The notes beneath the pieces were generated by a model. It was not told where the DNA came from. It worked only from the letters and a program-made list of their open reading frames with translations, and searched no databases. DNA of 33,578 nucleotides from Hadesarchaea archaeon. Lineage in GTDB: Archaea; Hadarchaeota; Hadarchaeia; Hadarchaeales; Hadarchaeaceae. Positions within the stretch are counted from its first letter, which is position 1, and each line of letters opens with the position of its first letter. Location: the NCBI GenBank assembly GCA_030627035.1, contig DAOUSU010000002.1:1-33578 (forward strand), in the 5' to 3' direction. Both the position numbers and the translations under genes were made by a program. This document shows, piece by piece, positions 9,117-17,423 of this stretch.

Positions 9117-9656
9117 ATGGGCAAAAAACGTGGGGGTGCAAAGGCCCAACAAAAGCCGCTTGAAGATCCCGTTTTGAGGGGGATCATAATGGGGATAGGC
9201 GGTGAACGTGGATACGAGATAGCGAAGCTTCTGGCCAAGGAGGAGCTAACCGATGACGAGCTTGCGAAAAAGATCGAGATCCGCGTGAACCTCGTCCGAA
9301 GGATCCTCTATGACCTCTATGAGAACCGCGTGGTAAGCTACCGCAGGGTCCGGGACGAACACAGCGGGTGGTACATTTACTACTGGCGGATCGATCCGGA
9401 GCGGGCGGTTGGGTACTTCAATGAAAACAAGCGCCTCCTCCTGCAAAAGCTTGAGAAGCGCCTGGAAGTGGAGCGCAGCGCGATGTTTTTCGGGTGTCAG
9501 GAGGGTTGCCCCAAGCTCCCATTCGAGCTCGCGGCCGAGAACGACTTCAAGTGTCCGCGGTGCAACGGGAAGCTTGAGCCCTATGATAACTCGAACGTGA
9601 TCAAGGCCCTCGAGCGGCAGATAGAATCGCTTCGACAGCAACTCGTGGGGAGTTAA
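9117..9656 (+). CDS. tfe: Transcription factor E (TFE, TFIIE-alpha homologue)
   Basis: Winged helix TDDELA...VRRILYDLYE...GWYIYYW plus zinc ribbon CQEGC...FKCPRCNG. ATG 9117 with GGTG RBS; GTG 9108 is an alternative. Confidence 0.93.
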   Translation: MGKKRGGAKAQQKPLEDPVLRGIIMGIGGERGYEIAKLLAKEELTDDELAKKIEIRVNLVRRILYDLYENRVVSYRRVRDEHSGWYIYYWRIDPERAVGYFNENKRLLLQKLEKRLEVERSAMFFGCQEGCPKLPFELAAENDFKCPRCNGKLEPYDNSNVIKALERQIESLRQQLVGS

Positions 9657-10171
9657 TGTTCAGGCGTGAGGATGCGCTGCGCGTGCTGCGCGAGGTCGGT
9701 TGTTCGAGGGAAGTCATCCAGCATTGTCTTGCCGTCGAGCGGATTTCTCTAAGACTCGCCCGGCGAATTCGCGCTAATGGCAACAAGCTCGACCTGAGGC
9801 TCGTAAGTCTGGGCGCGTTGCTGCACGACATCGGGAGGGCACGGACACATGACATCCGGCACGGTGTAGAGGGGGGCAAAATTCTTCGTGAACTCCGTCT
9901 GACCGATTTTGTCAATTTTGCCGAACGCCACCTCGGCGCGGGCATCACCGCTGTAGAGGCAAAAGATCTTGGATTGCCCGAGCGGGATTTTGTGCCAAAA
10001 ACGCTTGAGGAAAAGATTGTCGCATACGCAGACAAGCTCGTGATGGGCGAGCGGGGCGCATCGTACGAAGAGGCCCTAAAGTGGTTCAGATCTGAGCTCC
10101 GGCCGACTCACCCCGCCATCAAACGTTTTGAGGCTCTTCATATGGAGATCCAAAGGTTGTTGGGTAAATGA
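9656..10171 (+). CDS. HD/HDIG-domain phosphohydrolase (TIGR00295-like)
   Basis: HCLAV, LLHDIG, HGVEGG, ERHLGAGI, EEKIVAYADKL; stop/start overlap (TAATG) with tfe, a common archaeal pairing. Confidence 0.88.
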   Translation: MFRREDALRVLREVGCSREVIQHCLAVERISLRLARRIRANGNKLDLRLVSLGALLHDIGRARTHDIRHGVEGGKILRELRLTDFVNFAERHLGAGITAVEAKDLGLPERDFVPKTLEEKIVAYADKLVMGERGASYEEALKWFRSELRPTHPAIKRFEALHMEIQRLLGK

Positions 10172-10289
10172 TGGTGGGCCCGCCGAGATTCGAACTCGAG
10201 TTCTCACCGAACCCAGACACCTTGTGAGGGTGATGTTTGTTAGGGAAGGGAAGGCACCCTTACCCTCTTAACCACTGGACCACGGGCCC
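10172..10289 (-). tRNA. tRNA-Val(CAC) with two introns (23/24: 10237-10266, 30 nt; 37/38: 10210-10222, 13 nt)
   Basis: Spliced sequence GGGCCCG TG GTCC AGTGGTTA AGAC A TCACC CTCACAC GGTGA GAAC TCGAG TTCGAAT CTCGG CGGGCCC A CCA folds as a cloverleaf. Anticodon CAC at 10226-10224; CCA encoded; both introns form BHB motifs. Confidence 0.88.
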
Positions 10290-10310
10290 AGTAAAATTTT
10301 GGTAGCGCGG

Positions 10311-10324
10311 TATTAAACTTTTAG
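10311..10324 (-). promoter_or_regulatory. BRE/TATA promoter of the tRNA
   Basis: Minus strand ctaaaagTTTAATA ending about 22 nt upstream of G1. Confidence 0.6.
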
Positions 10325-10515
10325 AAACCGGGCGCTCAGTTGCAGCTACGCTATGCCCAAATCGACCGACAGGCGTTTGCCCCTTCCCTGCCGAGTTCCA
10401 CGAGTTCCCGCTCGGATCTTTCCTCCGCTGGAGGTCCTGCACCCGCTTCACCTGTCCATCTTCTTGCCCCCAGCCAATGTGTCTCGCCATCGGGGAAATG
10501 GGACGGTTTTAGGAT

Positions 10516-10546
10516 GTACATAATTGTACTAAAAAGGCTTAAATAG
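10516..10546 (+). promoter_or_regulatory. Palindrome GTACA-N4-TGTAC plus BRE/TATA upstream of the APC operon
   Basis: GTACAtaatTGTAC (10516-10529) directly followed by taaaaaggcTTAAATAg; a second TTAAATAg lies at about 10603-10610. Confidence 0.45.
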
Positions 10547-10659
10547 ACTATCAGGGAAAAAAAGATGGAGGTTTGAGACACGTGCGCCTCAGGGAAATAG
10601 CGTTAAATAGAGGCACCATCGTCAGTAATTTTGTTCTAAAAGTGAGGTTGAGGTGAAAC

Positions 10660-12216
10660 ATGCCGAAAGAAGAGCCAGTGGTTTTCGTCCGAAGGGCATC
10701 CGGATTGGTCAGGGAACTTGGCTCCCTCGACATAATGGCAGCGGTGATGGCCACCGTCGTAGGGGCTGGAATCCTCTACTTTGCGGTGAAAGCACCCGTT
10801 GATTTTCCGGGCGCGAGCATCCCCGGAGCCTATCTGATCGCTGCGCTTTTGGAAATCCCCTTCGTCGCTTGTATGGGGCTAATGGTGACGAGTTTGCCGA
10901 GATCCGGCGGATTGTACGTCCCGATAAGCAGGGTACTTAACCCGACGATCGGTTTCGTCGGAGGGTGGGCTTTCTTCATATGCTTGGGGCTTGTCATAGG
11001 GGTCGTTAGCTTTGTCTCGATGCTTACCCTCGGAACCGGTTTCATAATAATCGGTTCGTTGATCGGGCCCCTGAAAGGTGTTGGATCGGCCCTTTGTTCG
11101 CCGATCGGATCTACCATGGGAGCGCTCGTTTTGTTGTTCATCGCCTGGATGTTGATCCTGAGGGGGATCAGGGCGAGCAAAAATGTTATAAGGGCCATCG
11201 TGTTCATCCCCTTCATAGTCTTGGTGGCGGTCGCTCTTTACTTCCTTGCAATCGGCCCCGGTGGAGCGGCCTCGAACATAGATACAGTATGGGGGCCGGG
11301 GGTGTTTTCATCCGTTATCGCCTCCGCAAAGGGGGCCGGCTGGAAATCCGTTCCCTTTACCCTAGGGGCCACGGTTCCCGCTTTGCTTGCGGTCCTGTGG
11401 GCGTATGGGGGCTCCGAGAACGCGGCAAATCTCGGTGGGGAGATGAGGATGATGGGCAAGAAGATAATGTATAGCTTCATAGCCGCGATCACGATCGTCG
11501 CCGTCATTTACCTGTTGGTAACAACGGCAACTTATCATTCCTTCGGGGATTTCATCCCGGCTTACGCCTATTTGCAAACCAATGCCCCCAATACCCTGGA
11601 GGGGATAATACCCGGGGCGGTGGAACCCTCGATCCCGTTTTACATGGCATCCTCGATCACGAGCCCATGGGTTGCCTTCGTGTTGATCTTGCTGCTTGCC
11701 CTTTGGCCTATAAATTCGGTTATCATCATCACGCTGGGCTGCTCCAGGCTCCTCTTTGGGATGAGTTTCGATAGGGCCCTGCCGGAAAGAATTTCAAGCG
11801 TAAATAAAAGGGGTTCCCCAACTTGGGCAACACATTTAACCGTCCTCATCGCGATCATAGGAATCTTCATAATTCGTCAGGGCGTGTCTTCATTGCTCGG
11901 AATTTTGACCATAACCAATGTAACTATTTACTGGCTCTTCGGCCTGGCCGTCGCGGTGCTGCCATTCCTGAGGCCAGATATCTTCGACAGGATACCGGTG
12001 AAGAGCAAATTCGCCGTTTCCGCGATCGGCGTGTACAGCTTTTGCTTCGGATTTTTCGCATTTCTTTTGGCGGCCACCGAGCTCACCATCCACATGATTT
12101 TGATGTTTATAGCCCTGCTTCTAATTGGCCTGATCCTGTATGGATGGCAGCAAAACAAGAACGTGGAGAAGGGAATAGATCTCGGAAAAATTTACGCCCA
12201 AATTCCCCCAGGCTGA
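10660..12216 (+). CDS. APC-superfamily (amino acid/polyamine) permease
   Basis: FVRRASGLVREL N-terminus, PRSGGLYV, WAYGGSENAANLGGE, SRLLFGMSFDRALP; about 12-14 hydrophobic segments; GAGGTGA RBS. Confidence 0.92.
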   Translation: MPKEEPVVFVRRASGLVRELGSLDIMAAVMATVVGAGILYFAVKAPVDFPGASIPGAYLIAALLEIPFVACMGLMVTSLPRSGGLYVPISRVLNPTIGFVGGWAFFICLGLVIGVVSFVSMLTLGTGFIIIGSLIGPLKGVGSALCSPIGSTMGALVLLFIAWMLILRGIRASKNVIRAIVFIPFIVLVAVALYFLAIGPGGAASNIDTVWGPGVFSSVIASAKGAGWKSVPFTLGATVPALLAVLWAYGGSENAANLGGEMRMMGKKIMYSFIAAITIVAVIYLLVTTATYHSFGDFIPAYAYLQTNAPNTLEGIIPGAVEPSIPFYMASSITSPWVAFVLILLLALWPINSVIIITLGCSRLLFGMSFDRALPERISSVNKRGSPTWATHLTVLIAIIGIFIIRQGVSSLLGILTITNVTIYWLFGLAVAVLPFLRPDIFDRIPVKSKFAVSAIGVYSFCFGFFAFLLAATELTIHMILMFIALLLIGLILYGWQQNKNVEKGIDLGKIYAQIPPG

Positions 12217-12222
12217 TTTTGG

Positions 12223-13167
12223 ATGAGAATTTTCTTCTCGGCGGATGTACACGGTAGCTCGGCCATTTGGAAGAAATGGGTCAACGCCGCTAAGTTTTAC
12301 CACGCCGACGTGCTGATGCTCTGCGGCGACCTCACGGGGAAGGGTCTAATCCCGCTGATAGAGCAGGGCGATGGATCGTACATCGTTCATTATTTTAAAA
12401 AATATAAACTCAAGGGAGAGAAGGAAATAAGAAAAATTGAGGAGAAGATCTCCGCCTCGGGATTTTACACGAAGAGGTGCACCAAGGATGAGGTGGAGGA
12501 GATGCAGGGGGACCGAGCGAAGGCTAATGAGGCGATAAAGGAGGCCATGAAGGAGAGGATGAAGCAATGGCTGGAAATCTTGGTAAAAAAGGTCGACACG
12601 AAAAATGTTACCGCTATCGTGATGCCCGGCAACGACGATGAGCCTGAGATAGACCCGATAATCAAGCTTTACGAGGCCGACGGCGTTATTTACCCGATCG
12701 GGAAGGTTGTAGATATCGGTGGATTTGAGACGATCAGCCTGCCCGATGTCAACCCAACGCCCTGGAACACCCCCAGGGAGGCCACCGAGGGGGAATTGAA
12801 GAAGAAATGCGATAAACTTATAAAGAAACTTTCGGACCCGCGTCGAGCGATCTTCAATTTTCACTGTCCGCCCTATAACACGATGCTCGACCTCGCCCCA
12901 GAACTGGATGGGAATTTAAAACAGGTGATAATAGCAGGCCAGCCCCAAATGCGCCACGTCGGAAGCAAGTCCATAAGGGAGGCCATAGAGGAGAATCACC
13001 CCCTGATCGGTCTGCACGGCCATGTACACGAGTCCCCCGGGGCGGATAAGGTCGGAAATGCGCCCGTGATAAATCCAGGTTCGGAATACGAGAGGGGGAT
13101 ACTGAGGGGGTTTATCGTGAACATGACCAAGGAAGGGGTAACGAATTACTGGAAGGTCGAGGGATGA
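12223..13167 (+). CDS. Calcineurin-like metallophosphoesterase (GNDD variant)
   Basis: Motifs ADVHG, GDLTG, PGNDD, FHCPP, LHGHVHE, INPGS. Confidence 0.92.
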   Translation: MRIFFSADVHGSSAIWKKWVNAAKFYHADVLMLCGDLTGKGLIPLIEQGDGSYIVHYFKKYKLKGEKEIRKIEEKISASGFYTKRCTKDEVEEMQGDRAKANEAIKEAMKERMKQWLEILVKKVDTKNVTAIVMPGNDDEPEIDPIIKLYEADGVIYPIGKVVDIGGFETISLPDVNPTPWNTPREATEGELKKKCDKLIKKLSDPRRAIFNFHCPPYNTMLDLAPELDGNLKQVIIAGQPQMRHVGSKSIREAIEENHPLIGLHGHVHESPGADKVGNAPVINPGSEYERGILRGFIVNMTKEGVTNYWKVEG

Positions 13168-13168
13168 T

Positions 13169-13933
13169 ATGAGCTTTGAGCTGAGGAAACAGGAGAGGAA
13201 ATTTTTCGAGCTGAAGGATGATATCATGCGGAGGGCGGATGAGATGGGGATAACGCTGCGCGTACTTGGGGCGGTCGGGGTGAGGATCCATTGTCCCAAG
13301 TTTAAATACATAGAATATTCGGCGGGCAGGAAGCTCTCCGATTTGGATTTTGCGGCTTATAACTCCAGCGCGGAGGGGATCGAGAAAATCTTCGCCGATC
13401 TTGGGTGGGCGGAGGACAGATTTGTAAGGGCCCTGTACGGAACTAAGAGGCGCATCTTTCACTCGAAAAATGGAATGCACTCAGATATCTTCTTCGATAA
13501 ACTGGAATTCTGCCACGATGTAAACCTACGCGGGAGGCTTGAGATAGACTACCCGACTATATCCTTGGTGGATCTGCTGTTGGAAAAATTGCAAATAGTG
13601 AAGCTCAACGGGAAGGATGTTGTCGATATGATGACGCTGCTCCGAGAACACGAGGTTGGCGAGGCCGATGACGAAACGATAAACATCGAGTACCTCGCCT
13701 CGTTATGCGCGAAGGATTGGGGGCTTTGGAAGACGGCGACCGCGAACCTGAACAAGCTGGTGGATTTTTTGCCGATGCTCAAAAAAGGGGACGCGAGGGA
13801 TGTCGGAGCCAAGATCAAAAGGGCGCTGGAGGCGATAGAGGGGAGGCCGAAGACGCTCAAATGGAAGCTGAGGGCCAAGATGGGGGAAAGGCAAAAGTGG
13901 TATAGGGAGGTCGAGGAATTATACAGGCAATGA
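13169..13933 (+). CDS. Putative Pol-beta-superfamily nucleotidyltransferase
   Basis: LRVLGAVGVRIH...RKLSDLDFAA resembles hG[GSA]...DhDh; downstream DIFFD and DLLLEKLQ...KDVVD resemble NTP_transf_5/AbiEii-like C-terminal K and KDxxD motifs. 1-nt gap from the upstream gene. Confidence 0.68.
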   Translation: MSFELRKQERKFFELKDDIMRRADEMGITLRVLGAVGVRIHCPKFKYIEYSAGRKLSDLDFAAYNSSAEGIEKIFADLGWAEDRFVRALYGTKRRIFHSKNGMHSDIFFDKLEFCHDVNLRGRLEIDYPTISLVDLLLEKLQIVKLNGKDVVDMMTLLREHEVGEADDETINIEYLASLCAKDWGLWKTATANLNKLVDFLPMLKKGDARDVGAKIKRALEAIEGRPKTLKWKLRAKMGERQKWYREVEELYRQ

Positions 13934-13963
13934 ATCCCCAGCGGGTTAAAGGAGGTGTCGTTC

Positions 13964-14287
13964 GTGAAAATTTCTTATGAGGAATTCAAAAAAATGGATT
14001 TGAGGATCGGAAAGGTGATCGAGGCCGAGAGGATACCTGGGAAGACCAAGATCCTGAAATTGAAGGTCGATGTCGGGACTGCAACGCTCCAGATCGTCGC
14101 GGGCGGGGCCGAGCACTACCCCCCGGATTTTTTCAAGGGCAGGCAGGTCGTCGTGCTCACGAACTTGGAATCGAGGAGGATAGCTGGGGTGGAATCCACC
14201 GGCATGATCCTAGCGGCGGATCACGGGGGCAAACCGGTCTGGCTGGGCATAGAGCAGGAAGTACCTCCGGGGACGATCGTTAGATAG
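13964..14287 (+). CDS. Stand-alone OB-fold tRNA-binding protein (MetRS C-terminal/EMAP II/Trbp111/CsaA family)
   Basis: ISYEEFKKMDLRIGKV, KILKLKVDVG, QIVAG, VVLTNLESRRIAGVESTGMILAA; GGAGGTG RBS favours GTG 13964. Confidence 0.9.
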   Translation: MKISYEEFKKMDLRIGKVIEAERIPGKTKILKLKVDVGTATLQIVAGGAEHYPPDFFKGRQVVVLTNLESRRIAGVESTGMILAADHGGKPVWLGIEQEVPPGTIVR

Positions 14288-14574
14288 GACATCGACGTGA
14301 AACCCGAGCGAATTAGGGCATCGTCAAAGCCATAACTGCCAGCGAGGGCGTCTCGCTCATAACCGTCGGCGGAGCGGGGATCCTTGCACGAGGAGCTTAA
14401 ACTTGGCTGTAAGCTATTTTTATGATGATGGAAAGCTATTACTTTATTTCTGGCTCTTCACGCATTTTTCCTTTATCTGGTGATAGTCCGCAATTACCTG
14501 TTGCCCACCACCCAGGCTACCACGCCACTAAGACTTTGGGTTAAGAAATCCATCGCGCTTCTGGAAATACTAAA

Positions 14575-14958
14575 CTATCCAACCCCAACTGTCGCTTCGT
14601 CCGCATTGACGATCAGTTTATCTCCTGTCTTGATCTTGTCGATATCAATTCCGTCGACACAGGGGATCCCAGCCAGAATGACTCCCGTCGCCACAACCGT
14701 TTCCGTTTCCTTATTCACGATCGCTGCAGGAGCAACTCCATTTCGCTTCATCCCATAAATCACGTATGACCCTACAGTGGAGCCCTTTCCCTGCGGAAAA
14801 ACTAGGATTTTCTCCTTAACCGATTGCCCTTCAAGCTCGTGCCCCTTCTCAATCACGACGCCGGTCTTGGGGTCGATTCCGCCGTAGAACCCTATCGGCT
14901 CCTTTGAAACAATCGCCTCGCCCTCTGCTTTTCCTGGACTGATCATGCGACCCTTCAC
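14575..14958 (-). CDS. Aconitase X small (swivel, DUF126) subunit = phosphomevalonate dehydratase small subunit
   Basis: GKAEGEAIVS, FYGGIDPKTG, GKGSTVGSY; GTGA overlap with the large subunit; mvk operon context. Confidence 0.9.
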   Translation of the reverse strand: MKGRMISPGKAEGEAIVSKEPIGFYGGIDPKTGVVIEKGHELEGQSVKEKILVFPQGKGSTVGSYVIYGMKRNGVAPAAIVNKETETVVATGVILAGIPCVDGIDIDKIKTGDKLIVNADEATVGVG

Positions 14959-16142
14959 GCAAGCACCTTCTTTAACAGCTCATTCACGTTGCCAAAAATT
15001 ACCTCCTGTTTACAGAAGCCTGGCAGGTAGTTGGCCGCCTTTCCAGAATTCACAGCCGTACGCTTGAAACCCATGCGTTCGATCGGCGAAACCACAGCGC
15101 AGGTGTCTGCAACAACTTTCCCCCCAGCTCGCTCAACCTGCTCGACAAATCCAAGTTTCGTGGCTGTTTCCTTGGTCGTGCGTGCGGTGCAAATCCAAAG
15201 CGGCTTTCGCAACCGCTTTCCTTCGAGCTTGTTCGCCAGAGTTGCGATCTCCTTCAACGAGGCGTGGGGGCAGCCGAGGATGACGATATCTGGTTCTCGC
15301 CCGGTGTTGAGCTTCTCGCAAGTTTCCTTTAACTCACGTTCCCCAACCTCGATCACCTCGAGGTTTTTAGGATCCATGAGACGAGCCTCCGGTGTCAGGC
15401 CCTCCACGTGATAAAGGGCGACAGCCCCCGACGCCGCCATCGCTGCTCCGAACGCCTTCAGCTGGTCGACATCCGCACCCTTGATCCCTTGAAAGTACGG
15501 ATTTCCTTTCTTGACCAGCTTCCCGACGTGGTAGCCCAAGGCGCCGAAATCCGAGTTGTGTTTCAGCTCGGCGTTAACTTTCACCGCCACGCTCGGCTTC
15601 CGGTTCTCGTCTAGGTGCAAGCCATAGTTTGGGGTCACCCCGCAGAGCGCTGCGGCTAGCGCAGATGGCCCACCCTCGCGGTTCGTGCGCGCACCTATCA
15701 CAGAGTTTGCGAATGAAACCGCCGACGACTCGGACCACGCGATGTGCTCTCCGAAACGCGGGAGATTACCGACTAGGTAGGGGGTGCAAGTCGCAGTCAT
15801 CATTATCCCCATTTTTTTGAATGCCTCCATTATGCACAGCTGCTTTTTGGCGAAATCCTCGGGGAACCCCAATTCCCTCCAGTCCACGAGATCCATGCCG
15901 GGCGGATTCAAGGTCGTGGGTACTCGGACCTTCGCCCCCTTGCCCGCCATGTCCTCCAAGAACTCTAGCCCGGGATCGCCTATCGATTTGTAAGAAACGC
16001 CCGCGACCTGAACTGACCCGACTGGAATCATCCGATCGGCGCCGTAGATGTCCCCGAGGCGCACGAGCAAGCGGAACATCCGCTCGAGGACCTCACCCCT
16101 CTCGCCGGCCAGGATTCGCTCTTCCTCCTTCGTTAAATACAC
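14955..16142 (-). CDS. Aconitase X catalytic (DUF521) subunit = phosphomevalonate dehydratase large subunit
   Basis: MYLTKEEE, GVSYKSIG, TCTPY, ESSAVSFANSVIGARTNRE, GCPH, DTC (three Cys ligands), NSGKAANY. Confidence 0.92.
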   Translation of the reverse strand: MYLTKEEERILAGERGEVLERMFRLLVRLGDIYGADRMIPVGSVQVAGVSYKSIGDPGLEFLEDMAGKGAKVRVPTTLNPPGMDLVDWRELGFPEDFAKKQLCIMEAFKKMGIMMTATCTPYLVGNLPRFGEHIAWSESSAVSFANSVIGARTNREGGPSALAAALCGVTPNYGLHLDENRKPSVAVKVNAELKHNSDFGALGYHVGKLVKKGNPYFQGIKGADVDQLKAFGAAMAASGAVALYHVEGLTPEARLMDPKNLEVIEVGERELKETCEKLNTGREPDIVILGCPHASLKEIATLANKLEGKRLRKPLWICTARTTKETATKLGFVEQVERAGGKVVADTCAVVSPIERMGFKRTAVNSGKAANYLPGFCKQEVIFGNVNELLKKVLA

Positions 16143-16146
16143 ACGA

Positions 16147-17421
16147 TCACTCCAGGTAGTCTTTCAACTCAAGTTTCAATGGGAGTTCTGGCTTTTTGAA
16201 ATCCTTGGGATCGCGCCCGCTCGGTATGGTCAAGTCGAATCCCATTTTGGTCGTCATGCGCGTCTCGAGTTCCGATGAGGGATCGAGGGATGAGCCCTTC
16301 TCGCGTTTGATGACGAGGTCTCGATCGCCCTGAAACCTTGTCGCCATCGCCCACTCGATCTCATTCGGGTCATGGATGTTGATATCGTCATCGACCACCC
16401 ACACGTGCTTCAGCGACTTGTGCCCCTTGAACGCTGCCTCTATCGCTTTTCGCCCATCATCTGGGTTTCTCTTCTTTATGCTCACCGCAGCGTGTAGCCA
16501 GGAGCAACCCCCCGGGGTTATCAGCACATCCTTGCACTCACAGACCTTGCTCACCTCGCGGAATATCGTCGGCTCTCGGGGCATGCCCATAAGAATTTTG
16601 TGCTCCAGACCACCCGGGAGTAACGCGTGATAAATGGGATCCTTCTTCACGAATATCCTCTTCACCCTTGCCACCCGCTGCTTTCGCACGATGTCGGGAG
16701 TTTCCGTCAGATCAAGAAATGGGCCCTCATCGTGCTCCTCGCCGGTCATCTCTGCGATCATGATTATTTCAGACCGGGGGACCTTATGGCCCGCCAGATC
16801 CATCAGATCAGTTTCCGATAGGGCGTTTGCTATGCTCAGCTCGCTCCTCCCCAGTTCTGCCGAGACCGCAGATGCCACCAAGACCGGCATAGAATTCCCT
16901 ATGCAGATCGCGAACTCTTTATTCCCGCGCCTCAAGAATTCGTCGAAATGTCGTGGGAGTATTCGAATCACGAGCCTGTCTTTTCCTATAACCATCATCC
17001 GTTGATACGAGGCGTTGAGGCCGAGTTCGGGGTCGCTCGCGACAACGACGCCGGAGGAGATGTAGGGCCCCCCGTCGATTGGATAGTGAGTCAGAATTGG
17101 AATCTTCGTGAGGTCGACGTCCATTTCCCCATAACCCTCCGCTTTCACCACCCGCGGCTCCTTCGGGTGATCGATTGCATCGGCCAGTTTGCTTATGATC
17201 TCCTCTTTCTTTATTCCCAGACCTATTGCGATCAACTCGCGCGAGGAGCACAGGTTCGCCACCACGGGCATCGAGAAACCCTTGACCCGCTCAAATAGGA
17301 TCGGCCTTCCGTCGAGGAGCTTCATCAGAGTTGCAATCTCGTATTTGACGTCAACTGGGCGCTTGATTTTTATCAAGAGCCCCTGCCTGTCCAAAGCATC
17401 GATGAACTCCCGCAAGTTCAC
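16147..17421 (-). CDS. UbiD-family prenyl-FMN decarboxylase, probably trans-anhydromevalonate-5-phosphate decarboxylase
   Basis: DGGPYISSG, NASYQRM, EGPFLD, GGCSWLH, VVDDDINIH, WAMATRFQ, GSSLDPS; lies between mvk and AcnX. Confidence 0.88.
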   Translation of the reverse strand: MNLREFIDALDRQGLLIKIKRPVDVKYEIATLMKLLDGRPILFERVKGFSMPVVANLCSSRELIAIGLGIKKEEIISKLADAIDHPKEPRVVKAEGYGEMDVDLTKIPILTHYPIDGGPYISSGVVVASDPELGLNASYQRMMVIGKDRLVIRILPRHFDEFLRRGNKEFAICIGNSMPVLVASAVSAELGRSELSIANALSETDLMDLAGHKVPRSEIIMIAEMTGEEHDEGPFLDLTETPDIVRKQRVARVKRIFVKKDPIYHALLPGGLEHKILMGMPREPTIFREVSKVCECKDVLITPGGCSWLHAAVSIKKRNPDDGRKAIEAAFKGHKSLKHVWVVDDDINIHDPNEIEWAMATRFQGDRDLVIKREKGSSLDPSSELETRMTTKMGFDLTIPSGRDPKDFKKPELPLKLELKDYLE

Positions 17422-17423
17422 AG

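Noticed and set aside
10201..10236. Single-intron tRNA with a long variable arm, or an intron at 42/43
   Set aside because: Val tRNAs lack long variable arms and the extra bases form no stem. The 37/38 placement gives a proper BHB, and the other 13-nt placements I tried did not.
10330..10581. Short ORFs between the tRNA and the permease (10260..10490, 10351..10581, 10340..10546)
   Set aside because: No recognisable motifs or RBS; one overlaps the tRNA and its promoter. A degraded gene fragment cannot be excluded.
14422..14490. ATGATGA as the C box of a third sRNA
   Set aside because: No CTGA D'/D boxes at suitable spacing and no terminal stem.
10290..14560. tRNA-integrated mobile island carrying the APC operon
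   Set aside because: The operon lies at the tRNA 5' side; no integrase and no duplicated tRNA 3' end (att) were seen.
16450..16461. 11-nt match (GATGATGGGCG) between the UbiD gene and the sRNA D guide
   Set aside because: Same sense as the guide on the mRNA, so it cannot be a target; compatible with chance.
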